Assembly (NCBI RefSeq): GCF_009914755.1
Contig: NC_060935.1
Length of the DNA: 64,000 bases
Origin: the human T2T-CHM13v2.0 reference genome, Homo sapiens
Direction: 5' to 3' (one strand)
The notes beneath the pieces were generated by a model. The model did not search any database. It was not told the origin of the DNA and was given only the letters and a program-made list of their open reading frames with translations. The position numbers and the translations under genes are program-made. Numbering within the stretch: position 1 is the stretch's first letter; each line of letters begins with the position of its first letter. Below are positions 35,398-53,068 of the stretch, piece after piece.

Positions 35398-35726
35398 GGC
35401 TGAGTGTGGTGGCTCACACCTGTAATCACAGCACTTTGGGAGGCTGAGGCAGGCAGATCGCTTAAGCCCAGGAGTTCAAGACCAGGCTGGGCAACATAGC
35501 AAAACCCTGTCTGTATAAACAAATATAAAAATTAGCAGGGTGTGGTGGCATGTGTCTGTAGTCCCAGCTCTACTCAGGAGGCTGAGGTGGGAGGACCACT
35601 TGAGCCCAGGGAGGTTGAGGCTGCAATGAGCTATGATCATATGCCACTGCATTCCAGCCTGGGCAACAGAGTGAGACACTCTCTAAAAGAAAAAAAAAAA
35701 AGAAAGAAAGAAAAGCAAAAACAAAA
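35398..35726 (+). mobile_element. AluJ
   Basis: Full-length; TSD-like AATAATAT(G). Confidence 0.9.
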
Positions 35727-35746
35727 TTAATAATATGCTTCAAAGG

Positions 35747-36115
<369 letters not shown>

Positions 36116-37075
36116 TCTTCTGAACTTGCAAACCAGAATATAGTCTACAACTTTGAAATGAGACTTTTTCTCAGTTACTAGCAATTAAATTTTAGAAATC
36201 TTAAGAACTTCAGAGAATGCATTATATTAGGTTACGTATAATTACAAAAATAAATCTTAGATTGAAAAACTAGTATACTTCAACACCAAGTTTGTATTTT
36301 TATTTTCTAATATATCCCTACTTTGCTAATAGAAATAATTTAACAAAATATATTAAGTTCTAAGTCTTCTACCCCTCTCACCATTACTTTTCATTCCTAC
36401 TCTTTAAATTATAGAACTAAGGCTTGATTGTTCATTTGTTCAACAGATATTTATGGAGCATTAACTTTGTGCCAGACACTATTCTAGCTCCTGACCCTTT
36501 TCTCATTTATTCTCAGAGCTTCCATTATTTTCAAAATATGTCTTTAGCCTTGTCTTTTTGACTAAGCATCATCTTTATTTTCTGGTTGTTGTTTTTGATT
36601 TTTGCTGTTTTCTTTTTTCCATTTTTTATTCTTTCTTAAATGGTTCTTTTTATGAGTCCTATCACTTGACAAAGTCAGTGTATCTAAAATCTAACAATCC
36701 TCTCTCCCAAAACAATTCTTCAGATAGCTCAGCCTCTGTCATTAGTTATTTTTTAGAAACAGCTTTATGGATTATGGTAAGCTATATGAAAATTAATAAA
36801 CTTAGATTCATAAGTTATATTCCAAAGAGATAATAAAACTGCAATTTTAAAATATAAAATGTTTTACCAATGGATACAAAATCTAGGTCTTGAAGGAGAA
36901 TTAGATGATATCTTGTAGGACGAGAAGGTAGTCGTTGACAAATAGGGTTTATTATTCAAAATGCTGTTACTGCCTTTCCCTGCTTACTATAAAATATTTA
37001 GGTAATGGCAATATGTCTAATTTCTGGAAATAATTAAAATTTCAACTTAAAATGGAATTTTAAAGAAATTTTATG

Positions 37076-37457
<382 letters not shown>

Positions 37458-37755
37458 CTAGATTGAATTGAAACGTCAATTTTAATGGGTTCTAAGTTCC
37501 ATTTGGTTAAAGGCTTAGCAGTATTGCCAAATGATTGAAAGCACAGTACATGACACCAGACTACCTCAGTTTGATTTTTGCTAGTTGTGGTGTCCTTCGG
37601 CAACTTAATTGCCTCACTGCAGCTTCATTTTCTCATTTGTTAAATGAGGCTATTAGGACCTACCTCAAAGAGCTGTTGTGAAGATGAAATGAATCAATAC
37701 ATGTAAAGTTCTTAACACAGTGCTCACTAAATGTTAGTCCTTACTATAAGTAGCA

Positions 37756-37897
37756 TTATTATTATTATTATTATATTTTTTTAAGACAGGGTATTGCTAT
37801 GTTGCCCAGTCTGGTCTCTGACTCCAGGGCTCAAGTGATCCTCCTACCTCAGCCTCCCAAGTAGCTGGTGCTACAGGCATGTGCCACTGCACCCTGG
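37756..37897 (-). mobile_element. FLAM monomer
   Basis: Monomeric Alu-like sequence with (ATT)n tail. Confidence 0.8.
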
Positions 37898-38082
37898 ATT
37901 ATAATTATAATAACATTATTATTAAGCAAAGGAGATGAGACACCCCTAAACCTAGCAATCAACATCAATGCCTTACTGATTACGAATTAAAGATAGTTTT
38001 TATCCTGCTATATATATAGGACTGGAAGGAAGTTTGTGAGCAGAGTTTGAACATGTTTATGCTTGTTTTCTTTTTTATAAAG

Positions 38083-38337
38083 ATGATTTATTATTAATCC
38101 GGAAGAATAGAATGGCACTTTTTCAACATTTGACTTGTGTAATTCCAATCCTGGATAGTCTACTAACTGCCGGAATTATTAATGAACAAGAACATGATGT
38201 TATTAAACAGAAGACACAGACGTCTTTACAAGCAAGAGAACTGATTGATACGATTTTAGTAAAAGGAAATATTGCAGCCACTGTATTCAGAAACTCTCTG
38301 CAAGAAGCTGAAGCTGTGTTATATGAGCATTTATTTG
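38083..38337 (+). CDS. BIRC3: cIAP2 exon 7 (CARD), 255 nt
   Basis: DLLLIRKNRMALFQHLTCVIPILDSLL...YEHLF; AAAG|AT...TTG|GTGAGT. Confidence 0.97.
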
Positions 38338-38426
38338 GTGAGTGATAGAAAATTATTTTTAAAAATTTTCTAAGTCAATTGAAAATACGCTCTTATTAAT
38401 AATTTATGATTACTGAAAATAATTCA

Positions 38427-38713
<287 letters not shown>

Positions 38714-38876
38714 TCAATCTAATTTATAGATATTAGTTACATAAAAAGATTAAAGACTTCTGTTGCCTTGAAATGAGTATTTGGCTATAGTCTAAAGTGT
38801 TCATTTTTAAAATAGATTCCATAGCTAAATATTAACCTTATTTGTCATAGTAATGCTTTTTCTTTTTCTCCCTTAG

Positions 38877-38918
38877 TGCAACAGGACATAAAATATATTC
38901 CCACAGAAGATGTTTCAG
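38877..38918 (+). CDS. BIRC3: cIAP2 exon 8, 42 nt
   Basis: VQQDIKYIPTEDVS; CCTTAG|TG...CAG|GTAATA. Confidence 0.96.
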
Positions 38919-39025
38919 GTAATAGTACTAATATTTTAAATCAATAGAGAACATTGTCTTTATTTTCTTAGTTTTTCACTGAAGAAGCAAACTGCCTTTT
39001 ATTAAAAATTCTTTCCTCTTTCTAG

Positions 39026-39219
39026 ATCTACCAGTGGAAGAACAATTGCGGAGACTACAAGAAGAAAGAACATGTAAAGTGTGTATGGACAAAGAAGTGT
39101 CCATAGTGTTTATTCCTTGTGGTCATCTAGTAGTATGCAAAGATTGTGCTCCTTCTTTAAGAAAGTGTCCTATTTGTAGGAGTACAATCAAGGGTACAGT
39201 TCGTACATTTCTTTCATGA
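39026..39219 (+). CDS. BIRC3: cIAP2 exon 9 (RING E3 domain, stop TGA), 194 nt
   Basis: [64 protein letters not shown]; total CDS 1815 nt. Confidence 0.98.
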
Positions 39220-39574
39220 AGAAGAACCAAAACATCATCTAAACTTTAGAATTAATTTATTAAATGTATTATAACTTTAACTTTTATCCTAATTTGGTTT
39301 CCTTAAAATTTTTATTTATTTACAACTCAAAAAACATTGTTTTGTGTAACATATTTATATATGTATCTAAACCATATGAACATATATTTTTTAGAAACTA
39401 AGAGAATGATAGGCTTTTGTTCTTATGAACGAAAAAGAGGTAGCACTACAAACACAATATTCAATCAAAATTTCAGCATTATTGAAATTGTAAGTGAAGT
39501 AAAACTTAAGATATTTGAGTTAACCTTTAAGAATTTTAAATATTTTGGCATTGTACTAATACCGGGAACATGAA

Positions 39575-39705
39575 GCCAGGTGTGGTGGTATGTGCCTGTA
39601 GTCCCAGGCTGAGGCAAGAGAATTACTTGAGCCCAGGAGTTTGAATCCATCCTGGGCAGCATACTGAGACCCTGCCTTTAAAAACAAACAGAACAAAAAC
39701 AAAAC
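39575..39705 (+). mobile_element. FLAM/Alu monomer in the BIRC3 3'UTR
   Basis: Alu-like monomer with (A/C)-rich tail. Confidence 0.8.
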
Positions 39706-39826
39706 ACCAGGGACACATTTCTCTGTCTTTTTTGATCAGTGTCCTATACATCGAAGGTGTGCATATATGTTGAATGACATTTTAGGGACATGGTGTTTTT
39801 ATAAAGAATTCTGTGAGAAAAAATTT

Positions 39827-39832
39827 AATAAA
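39827..39832 (+). terminator. BIRC3: Proximal polyadenylation signal AATAAA
   Basis: Canonical hexamer ~610 nt after the stop, with U-rich sequence downstream. Confidence 0.7.
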
Positions 39833-40443
39833 GCAACAAAAATTACTCTTATTCTTCATTGCTTTATTTCAATGACATTGGATAGTTTAGTCACTCCCAG
39901 ACTCTTTCCATACCTTCTTAAAGCCTCTCAAATATTGAACTACAGTTTATACTCCTTCCCATAAGATGCTTCTTCATTGACACTTGTAGAACACGGGGTC
40001 AACACATCATAAAATCTATTATGGAATGCCTGAGACAAGAATCAAACAGTCCCTTTAGTAAGTTTGTTTATTCACTTCTCTATTGATTCATTCAAGAAGT
40101 CTCATGCCAGCCCCACCTATTGGAAGAAGGTCTGAGTTTTATTCTTATCTCTTTGGTATTAATTCTGAAACTTAGAAAGTACACTGGTTAGCAATGCTTG
40201 GGACCAACAGGTTGTTCTGGTAAATAAATCTGTTTCATATTGTCAGTGCAACAAAATGTCCCCCTCTGCATTATGTTATTGGTACTCAACACGTCCGAGT
40301 CATAACTCTGTCCTTTGCTTCTTATAGAGGTATTAGGTCTTCAAGAGCAGAAGTAAGACTGTAATAGGGAATACTCAGGGGAAGGCAGGCAAAGGCTAGT
40401 CATCTAAACCAGTTCTAGATGTCTGTATAGGGGCAGATGGCTC

Positions 40444-41071
40444 TGTAAGGGCAGAAGGGAAAGACCCCTTCATAAGGGTCACAGCTGACAATCCTATAAC
40501 AAAAGACAGGTTAACAAGAGAAAAACTTAACAAATTTATTTAATCACAGATTTACATGACCGGGGAGCCTTCGTAATGAAGATCCAAAATTACAGGGGAA
40601 ACTGTGCATTTTTATGCTTAGGTTTGATAATGAATGGACAGCCCTGAAGAATAGTGATTGGAAAAAAAGGATATGATCTAATGGGAATAGACACAGGTTG
40701 GGGACCCAGCAAGGCCTGTCTGTTCAGATTATTCTTGGTCTCTGTGCAGCATTCCTTCCTCCTGGATATAGGGCAGGGCCTGTATGGGATGGGGATATTA
40801 TAACCTGCTATCAAGCAAGGTAGGTCAGAGAATTTATTTATGGCCAGCTCTTACATAGTTAGGTGAGGAAAGATTAGAGTACTATCTTTAAGATGTAAGT
40901 CTGGCATTGTGGAAAGATGGTTCCAGTTTCTATGACCTACCTTGGGGAAGAGGAATTCAAGTTTCTGTGGCTTGCCTTCAGGGAGAATGAGGCTGAGACA
41001 GGAGGGCAGGATAACATCAGAGAAAAACTTTGCTTCTGAGGCCTTCACTTTGGGTTTTCTGAGCCCCAACA
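40444..41071 (-). mobile_element. MER39-like ERV1 solo LTR within the long BIRC3 3'UTR
   Basis: TG...CA termini; minus strand starts TGTTGGGGCTCAGAAAA; TATAACAAAAGACAGGTTAACAAGAGAAAA motif. Confidence 0.75.
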
Positions 41072-41417
41072 TCTGCTAGTGTTGTAAAGAGAACAATTAG
41101 GGACCAAGTGAGGGGAGGAAAGCATCCATCTCTGCATTCTGATGCTGGGAGACTATTTCCTTGAAATGCAATTGATTTTGCCTCTGCTAAGAGGCTCTGC
41201 TGGCTACCCATGTACTAGCCAGTGTCCTGCATGGGTGCTAGGCTGAATTATTTGTAATTGTGCTTAGGTGATTTGTAACTCAGGTATAGGGTATTTAAAT
41301 AGTAGGCACCCTTTTTGCACCATGTGTTTTTTTTTTTTATCTAGTTCTTGTATACTACAGATAATATTTGAACTTTGTCATCTCACTGTAAAACTTTTGT
41401 TCATTTCTCATTATGGT

Positions 41418-41504
41418 AATAAATAGCTATTATAACCAACCCATTTATTCAAATATGTTATTTCCCTAAGTGTTATTTTGACATTTTGTTTTGGAAAAAA
41501 TAAA
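41418..41504 (+). terminator. BIRC3: Distal polyadenylation signals AATAAA (41418-41423, 41499-41504)
   Basis: Two hexamers after U-rich sequence; candidate end of the long 3'UTR at ~41520. Confidence 0.65.
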
Positions 41505-41895
41505 TCACCATAGATAATAATGGTAGATCTATTTGCTGACCAAATGTCAGATGTTTTCAGGTGCTTGACATGCATTAATCCATTTGATTGCCTCCAACCC
41601 CACCTACCAGCCAACGTGGTCTTCAGTCATTGGGTTTAAACCTCAATATATTAAGTGTGATCATACAGGACTTTGCAGCAGGCTTAATTTCATACTTCAG
41701 CCATGCTCATTATAGCTTCCATCCAACCTTTCTCTTAATTTCCTTATATCGCTTGATACCATTAGCCATTAAGTTCCTTTGTGGTCACAGGCAATGTGAT
41801 TGAACCATATTCAGCTCCTATTGGAGAAGATGTCACCTCCTTTTGTTGTCTTGCACATCATAGTAGACACTATGTATGTTACTAAGAAAATTCAA

Positions 41896-42030
41896 GACCA
41901 GATGCAGTGGTTCACACCTGTAATCCCAGAACTTTAGGAGGCCAAGGCAGGTGGATCGTTTGAGTCTAGGAGCTCAAGACCAGTCTGGGCAACATAGTAA
42001 GACCATGTCTTAATAAATAATTAAAAAGAA
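41896..42030 (+). mobile_element. FLAM / Alu left monomer
   Basis: Monomer; TSD-like AAGAAAATTC. Confidence 0.8.
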
Positions 42031-42075
42031 AGAAAATTCCAGGCAAAACAGATGTGATGTTTAAGAGATTCACTA

Positions 42076-42474
<399 letters not shown>

Positions 42475-43328
42475 CCATGCCCACTTCTAAATCTTGAGTC
42501 AAGATTTAGGCAAGGTCTCATTTGCAGAGTTTGTACTGTGCAAATAACAGGTATTTTTTCAAGTTGCACAATATTCCTGCTCCTCCTCAGGTCAACATGT
42601 CCCTTGATAGTCTTCAACTTTATTTTCTGCCACTCTACCCATTGCTCACTGTCTTTCAGCCACCTTGGTTTTCATCAGTTTCTAAATATGTCAAACTCTC
42701 TTTTGCTTCAGGGTCTTTGACTGGAATCTTCTTTCATTCACTCTTTCCCTGGCAAATTCCTACTCATTCTTCAGGTGTCAGCCTCCATGTTACTTTCTCA
42801 GACTGTCTTTTTCTGACTTCTCCCATCTAGATTATATCCCTTTGATAGTCTCTTTAGTAGACCCTTTGTTCTTTTTCTTCATAACACTTAACACAATTTA
42901 TATTTACAGTTTTTAATGCCATAGTCTGTTGTCAAATTTTCCACGAGGACAATAATCATGTTTTCTGTTCACCATTATATGTGTAGCACTGAGCACAGGG
43001 CCTGACAGAAAAGACCCTTATTGAGTAAATGAATGAATGAATGGCTTCCTGTGAGTGAACATGGAATGTGAGAGGAGATTTCTTCCTCTTTAAATACCAC
43101 TGCTGATAAAGTACTAAGGCAGAATAATTGATAAAGTAGATCATGGGCCAAATTCTGCCTTTAGATATCAAAAGGAATCTTTAGAGAGGAAAGATCACCC
43201 TAGTTTAAAAGGATTCATGTAGGAGATGGGAATTGGAACTGATTTCTGATGAGGAGGCATGGCATTTCAACTCTGGAAAGAGCATAAGGTACAGATATAG
43301 GCATTAGAATCTTAATAACAACAATTAA

Positions 43329-43675
<347 letters not shown>

Positions 43676-44423
43676 TAAGTGTCTATATTCATTATCTGAT
43701 TTGAGACACTGTAATTTAGGAGAGGCAGTAGCACAGGAATTGAAAGTTCAGTCTTCGGATTCCAATCACAGCAGAGTAAGCTTGGGCAATTATTTAACAT
43801 CTCTGTGCCTCTGTGGGCTTAGTCCCTTGCATGATTGCCTTCTGGAAATCCATAGGAAAGGCTTTTCCTGGACTTCCATCGGCTTTTGGGATCCTAGAAT
43901 TCTTTTTTCCTTCCTTGACAGGAAATATGTACAGGAAGAACAAGGTCCTCTCTGCCTTGTGTTTGTCAGTATTTCTTGTGACTATTTTCTCCTAAACATA
44001 AGGTTTTTCTGAGTTCAAGGATTTTGGGGCTGATCAAAGAAGAGATGTGACCACAAGGTGGCAGTAGCATGCAACAAGCTTTATTTGGGTGGTGCTTGAC
44101 AGACTGCATGTAAGGAGGACATCCCTCACAGCTGGACACCTTCCAGAGGCAGAGGTGTATGGCCACCATGCAGAAGGGGAAGAAGGCAAGGGAACTACTC
44201 CTGGGGTAGGGGAGAAGCAGAAATGGGGTTTATCTGTCTAGGATGTTGTACAGCTACAAGATAAGATAGGGAGTCTCTGAGTTAGAGAACTTGGAAGGGC
44301 AGCAGAGGTTTGGGGTCTTTTATAGCTCTATGCTTTGTCTTATCTTTGGTTAACAGATGCCAGGTACGGTTTTATCTTTGGCTAGCAGGCAGACTCTAAA
44401 TGGCTAAAAACATGGCCATCTGA

Positions 44424-44796
<373 letters not shown>

Positions 44797-45449
44797 CATC
44801 GGAGCTACATTTGAGCAATTACATGGATAAAATTTTGAGCTTAGATAAGGTAAGTTTTGAGCTAATGGTCCCAGACTGACGTGAAGAAGCAAACAATATG
44901 CGCCCAATATACTCAGGCCGTCTTTAACACCTTTATTTTCCTAACTTTTAATTCATTGATTTTTGAAACTGGAGTTGCTGAAATTCTAATTTACATTAAA
45001 TTATTAAGGTTTACTAATTAAGCCTTTAAATAATATTTCTGTAAATTTTTAAAACCTGACTTTTGATACAGATGCCAACATTTTAAAGCTGTCTTGGATT
45101 TTAAGAGTCTCAATATTATCTATAAAAATCTTTTTAGCAATTACCTTGGCTGAGTGCTCATATACAAAATAAACTGATTAAATCAAGGGAGCTATTGGAT
45201 CCTCTCTAGTTCCAAAACCCTAATGAAGGGTTTTATGAAAATTAAAACCCAAAGTCTTACCACAGAAATATAAAGTGACTTTTTTTTTTTAAACAGATGA
45301 AAACATAATGCTTGGGATGCCTGCAAGTGACTAAAAGTTGGAAAGGGAAGTTCTGATGTGACCCAAATTTGTAAGTTCTTAATGTCCTATTTGAATTTTT
45401 TAAAAAATTCAAAAATTCAGGAATATATGCATGTCATTTGTGTACATAC

Positions 45450-45878
45450 TGACAAAGACTATCTCTTTGACCAAACTTCTGAGCCTCTTCTGAGCCCTCT
45501 TCTTGACTAGGCCTTGACTTTGGGCCCTACCCCACCTGTAATTGTCGGCCTACCTCAGTCTTAATAAGAATCCTGTCAGTTTAGTGAGGATCCCGCCACT
45601 CTGGGTATCTGATCAAGTTCCTCATTCTCCACTTCTGAAGTATAAGCCCTTAGCCTGCCTTCAGCAAGAATCCTACCACCCCTGATGTCTCCTTTTAGTA
45701 CTTTTCTATCCACTGACCCTCCTTACTCTACCTGTTGGTTATAAATACCCCAGCTGTCCTTGCTGTATTCCCAGTTGAGCCCAATCTTGCTTCCCTATTA
45801 CAATGTTTTGATTGCACAGTCCTGAATAAAGTCTTCCTTACCATTTTAACAAACGTCAGAATTTTTTTTTCTTTAACA
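45450..45878 (+). mobile_element. MER31-like ERV1 solo LTR
   Basis: TGACAAAGAC...TTTAACA; TATAAA and AATAAA inside; perfect 4-bp TSD ATAC. Confidence 0.85.
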
Positions 45879-45959
45879 ATACCTCACAACCAATCCTAAC
45901 ATTCTTTTATACTCACCTAACTTAAAAAATAAATAAAACATTACATATACAATTGATGC

Positions 45960-46700
45960 ATAGGAAAAGTTTTTCAATCCCATTCATAATATAGCAATAA
46001 AAAATGGTAACTGAACTGAAATACTATTTATTATTTAACAGGTTGGCAACAATCCAAATGTCTGACAACTTACTCCACGGATGAAGCTGTGGGAAAAACA
46101 GGCACTCACATACATTGCTGATTGGATTGCAAAATGCCAACATACTCATGGATGGGTATGTGGCCATATTAGGCAAATTTATGTATGGATTTACCATTTG
46201 AACTAACTTCTGGGAATATATCCTAAAATAAGATGTGTTCCCATGATTATTCATTACAGCACTATTTGTAATAGCAAAAGGCTGGAAACCACCCAGATGT
46301 CCATCCATAGGGAAGTAGCTGAATATATTATGGTACTAATTTTATCTATGGCTGGGGAGCTTATTCAGGCTGGCTCCTTAGTCTTTGACACGGCCCTAAC
46401 AGTTTTTGGCTGCTTTCTGAATTACATTGTTCAAGTTGAATATATTATGGCACATCTACACAATGGAGTACTATATAGAAATGAGGAATAGCTCTATATG
46501 TTAGTATTATACAATCTCTAGAATTTATTATAAAGTGAAAAAAGGTGGAGAAAATGTGCTACTACTGTTTATCTAAGAAAAGGGTAGGTATAAACATGCA
46601 TAATTACATTTTTAAAATGAAAAAATGAATCATAAAAAGTGTTTAAGTCATTACTTATAGGGCAGGAAGGAAAAAGTAGAGGGGAGACCAAGGATTTTCA
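45960..46700 (+). mobile_element. Old L1M 3' fragment
   Basis: CACTATTTGTAATAGCAAAAGGCTGGAAACCACCCAGATGTCCATC motif. Confidence 0.7.
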
Positions 46701-48198
46701 AAATAAAGGGAGTTACAGATGTGTAATCAAAGAGGTTAAATAAAACCTTGACTTCCTGAATTTGAATCGGAAGTATCAATGAGTTCATAATATATTTGAT
46801 TTAAAAGACAAAAACCAAATCAAAACAAACCCATACTAACCAGCTCTGTCCATTGAACAGGTATAGAAACAATCAAACTCATTAACAACACGACAAACAT
46901 TTTTTGTTTGTTTCTTTGTTGTTCCTTGCAGCGCCAGCTTAAAGGAGACATCCAGATTATGCTCTTTAAATATCATTTCCCACTAAAGGATCCAGGGCAC
47001 TTAGGAGTAATGGCTTATTATGGGTATGGAGTAAGAAATACACAAAATGAGCCTGGAAAGCAAAGACTACTAGGAAAGTATCAGAAAGACTCAGGAGCCA
47101 ACCTGAGTAAACTCTCACCGGCCTAAAATAAACAACTTGAGCACTAATAGTGGTAATAGCTACAGTGGATTACAACTCACCAAACTTCTTTAAATCCCTG
47201 GATTCATAATGATGGCTGTTTACTTTTGAGGGTTTTTAAAAAAAATCCGGCAGAGATTTTTAAATAGTATATGGTAGTGATCTAATTTTATTTTCCATTA
47301 GAATAACCATTCATTCAGCATTACTTATTGAGTAATTAATCATTTTCTCATTAATACATAATGCCAGTATATCAAATTCCCAAATACATAGATATGGGTC
47401 TCTTCTTGGGGCTCTGTATCTCCTTCCTTTAATTGTCCATCTTAGGGCGTTTAATAATACAAGACTGTCTCAATTACTATGGCTTTATTGTAACTCATTA
47501 CCTGGTAGGACAAGACCTTCCAATCTTACTTTTCTTCTTCAAAATTGTTTTAAATACTGTAAATTTTTTTTCTACATAAATGTGAAAAACGTTAGAAGGG
47601 CAACTGCAGCAGACATACATAGCTTATTTTTTTAAGATTAACAGCAACTTTATACTAGCAAAATGAAAAAAAATTAACTGAATAAACAGGTAACTGAATT
47701 AACTAGCTGTAACACTAGACTACAAAGTTATACAAGATTAAAAGTTATGAGGTACTATTTATTATATGTAAATATTACAAATATTTTTTGTTAAAAATAT
47801 CTAAGGCTTTTGAGTTTTTGAAATGCAAGCTTTCCCCTATACTTAAGTATATTCATTATCTTACTGCTTTGGTCAGGACAAGAACTGAAAAAGAGAAATA
47901 ATCTTGAGTTCAGAATGAACAATTCTTGCTATATATATTTTCCCACATGTGTTAGGAATGTTCTGTAAACCTTCCGAGAAATAGTGACTTGAACTAAATA
48001 CTAAACTACTACCAAGCCCCAGGTGCATTTTTGGAAGTTTTTAGTCATTGGGAGCCATGGCATTTCTTTTCTCTGTATTACAAACTGTTACACTCACTTT
48101 CTTTGACTATTAACATTGGAACAGTAGACCTCCTGTTCTGTGACTGACTGGCAGGCAGAAATGACACAGACAGGAAATGGGAAATGGTTCAGGGTCTT

Positions 48199-48273
48199 GG
48201 AATTCCCCCGGCTCCCTAATTAAGTGGCTTGCTATTTGGAAGTTTTTTAAATATTTGCCCCTTGGAGTTCCCC
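48199..48273 (+). promoter_or_regulatory. Paired NF-kB sites upstream of BIRC2: GGAATTCCCC (48199-48208) and GGAGTTCCCC (48264-48273)
   Basis: Consensus kB motifs; same order and nearly the same spacing as the BIRC3 promoter module. Confidence 0.7.
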
Positions 48274-48949
48274 AGAGAGAAGCAAGCATCGGATTCAACG
48301 GGCAAAGAGCGTCAACTTCAAAAGTCGTTCGTTGGTTGTCATACCACAAACATTTACTGCACGACACTGTGTCTATGGCACTATTGGGGGAGTATGGCGG
48401 GGGGATACAAAAGGTCCATGACTAGCAAAAGCCAAGGGTTTTTATTTACAAATTTTCTATTACCTAAGCATTAAAAAAAATTGGGCTCCTCTCTGGTTTA
48501 TGTACAATTATATGTGCATGTACACCAATACACAGGCAGACGTATATATTTCATTTTATTGAAACATTCAGAAAATACTGGGAGTGAAGCCTGACTTGCA
48601 ATACAGTTCTCTTTGCTGGCAATGAGCATCTGAAATAATGACACTTTTTTCTTTAGTGCATATGAACTGTTTGTCTCCAGAACAGAAAACCAAAAGTTTA
48701 AAAACAAGATACTCCCGTTGACATCAAGTCTTCAGAATTATTCATCTGATGCTTCCTAGTTTCCAAAGTTTCGCTTTTTTCGATTTGCACAGGCAGCTGT
48801 TGAACGCTGATGCTACACAAACGGTTACAATTGTTTACTTAAGCAAAAAATGCCACCAGACTGACTCCATCCTCAAAATGCAGTCATCTGGACGGGGGGA
48901 GGCATCACACTTGGGGAGCCTTGCCAGGGGCCAGATCATAACCCTGAGG

Positions 48950-49900
48950 TGACACAGGGTAGGACGCGCAAAACCACCGGCGCCAGGGCGTTTCCGCAGG
49001 GTTTCCCAAAACTCAAACGCAGCGGCTCACGGTTTGCCACGTCCCCCAGGAGAATGGTAGACACAGAGAGGAAATGTGGAGAGGGCACAAACCGCAAGGT
49101 GAAGAAAACGAACAAACACCGAGTTGATACGGATAGTCCCCGTTCCCCTGAGGGCCGACCCCGTGACTCCCGATGAGCGTCCAGTTGCGCCGGGCATCCC
49201 TGGGCCTCCCAGCGTCTTTCCCGGAGGTTCATCGCCGCACGGCGGAAAGCGCTCTCGGTTCCGCTTTCCGGCCCCAGCCTCCCGGGCGCCCTCGCGCGGC
49301 GGCTAACGCTGGTCCTCGGCCGGGCGCGCTGACGTCATCGTGCGTCAGAGTGAGCCCGGATGGGGCGGCGGGCTTCGGGAGCGCCCGGGCTGATCCGAGC
49401 CGAGCGGGCCGTATCTCCTTGTCGGCGCCGCTGATTCCCGGCTCTGCGGAGGCCTCTAGGCAGCCGCGCAGCTTCCGTGTTTGCTGCGCCCGCACTGCGG
49501 TGAGTGCTGCTCCTTCCGGGCTCGGGCGGCGTGGGGCGGGTGGGGACGCGAGGGCCCGCGGGGGCCCACTTCCCTGATGTGGCGGCCGAACGAGGAAGGA
49601 CGGGGCCTGAGGCCCTTCGGCCAAGGGTCGAGGGTCGCCGGGGGCTCTCTGCTTTCTACTCTCGCCAAGGTTTTATTGGATTCGGAAGCCCCAACTTCGA
49701 GACTTGCAGTCAAAGCGATTTTTAAAATGACTTGTTTTCAAGCCTCTGGCCGCCGCCCACTCTTCTGGCCCTTGGACTTTGACCAAGATGTTTTCTCGCA
49801 GTTTTTGCAAGGTTTTAAACTTAGCCCTCGGCGTTCTTTTAATGTAATACATTGAAACGAAGATATTTCGGTGGCGGCGATATTTCATATTTCATAGTTG
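48950..49900. promoter_or_regulatory. BIRC2: CpG island / BIRC2 promoter with palindromic CRE TGACGTCA (49330-49337)
   Basis: High GC and CpG density; full CRE plus TGCGTCA at 49341-49347; ETS-like CGGAA/TTCCG sites. Confidence 0.9.
49340..49499 (+). other. BIRC2: BIRC2 exon 1 (non-coding; TSS approximate)
   Basis: Strong donor GCG|GTGAGT at 49499/49500. Confidence 0.8.
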
Positions 49901-50721
49901 CCACTGCGCTCTGTCATTCCAGTAGTCGTCTGTTGTGTATTGTGAGAAGCAACTCTGGGAAATTATTGGGTAAATCCCATAGTTTCTATTCTTTTCCCTT
50001 CCATCCTATCCCCTGCCCAGCTGCAATTTGCGTAAAGAGAATGCAGCAGTGCGGTGCACGTAGATAAAAATCTTTCATTTAAAGATAGGATATAAGACCG
50101 GGTGTAATTAAAGCAATCATGCCAGTGGTCGTAGTGCCGGAGCCACTGTTTCACAGGCCACTGTGTTAGGTTTTGTTTTCGAGTTGCTTTCTGTGGTCGT
50201 TGCTTTGAAATTGTAAGGGAATGGCAGAGTTTAAGAGTTTATATTAATGAACTCGTGGTGCATTTTACTGCAGTTTTCCTAGTCGTGGAGAGACTTGATA
50301 TTACAAACTAACGTTGCTGTCTTAATTCCTGCTGTACTGCTGCTGACAGGGTGTAGTGGAGTGTCTGTCTGTCTTTTTAACCAATGTGCCTTTGCCTCCA
50401 GCAGAGTGCCAGAGTTACCTTTAGGCCAGAAAAGGGGAGGAGAGCAAGGACAAAATGTTTCCTGTGTGAAAATTTCCATCTGTCTCTGAAGTTGTGCGTT
50501 TTAAAGACACGTATAGTTAGTGCTATGGGGAGTATGTTGCATTTACTTATTTTAATTAATAGCTTTTTCATTTAGAAAGTTGTGACAAATTGCTGGAATT
50601 AAGATGTATTATCTAAAGTGTGAATTATTCTTAGACTTTACTGAATAAATTGAAGAGTATGTAAGTTCTATTTGGCATGCACATACAGTTTTCTAAAATA
50701 CTTTTTGTTTTTTCTTTTCAG

Positions 50722-53068
<2,347 letters not shown>

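Noticed and set aside
48936-49888. Overlapping ORFs on both strands in the BIRC2 promoter
   Set aside because: Expected from stop-poor GC-rich CpG-island sequence; no recognisable domain.
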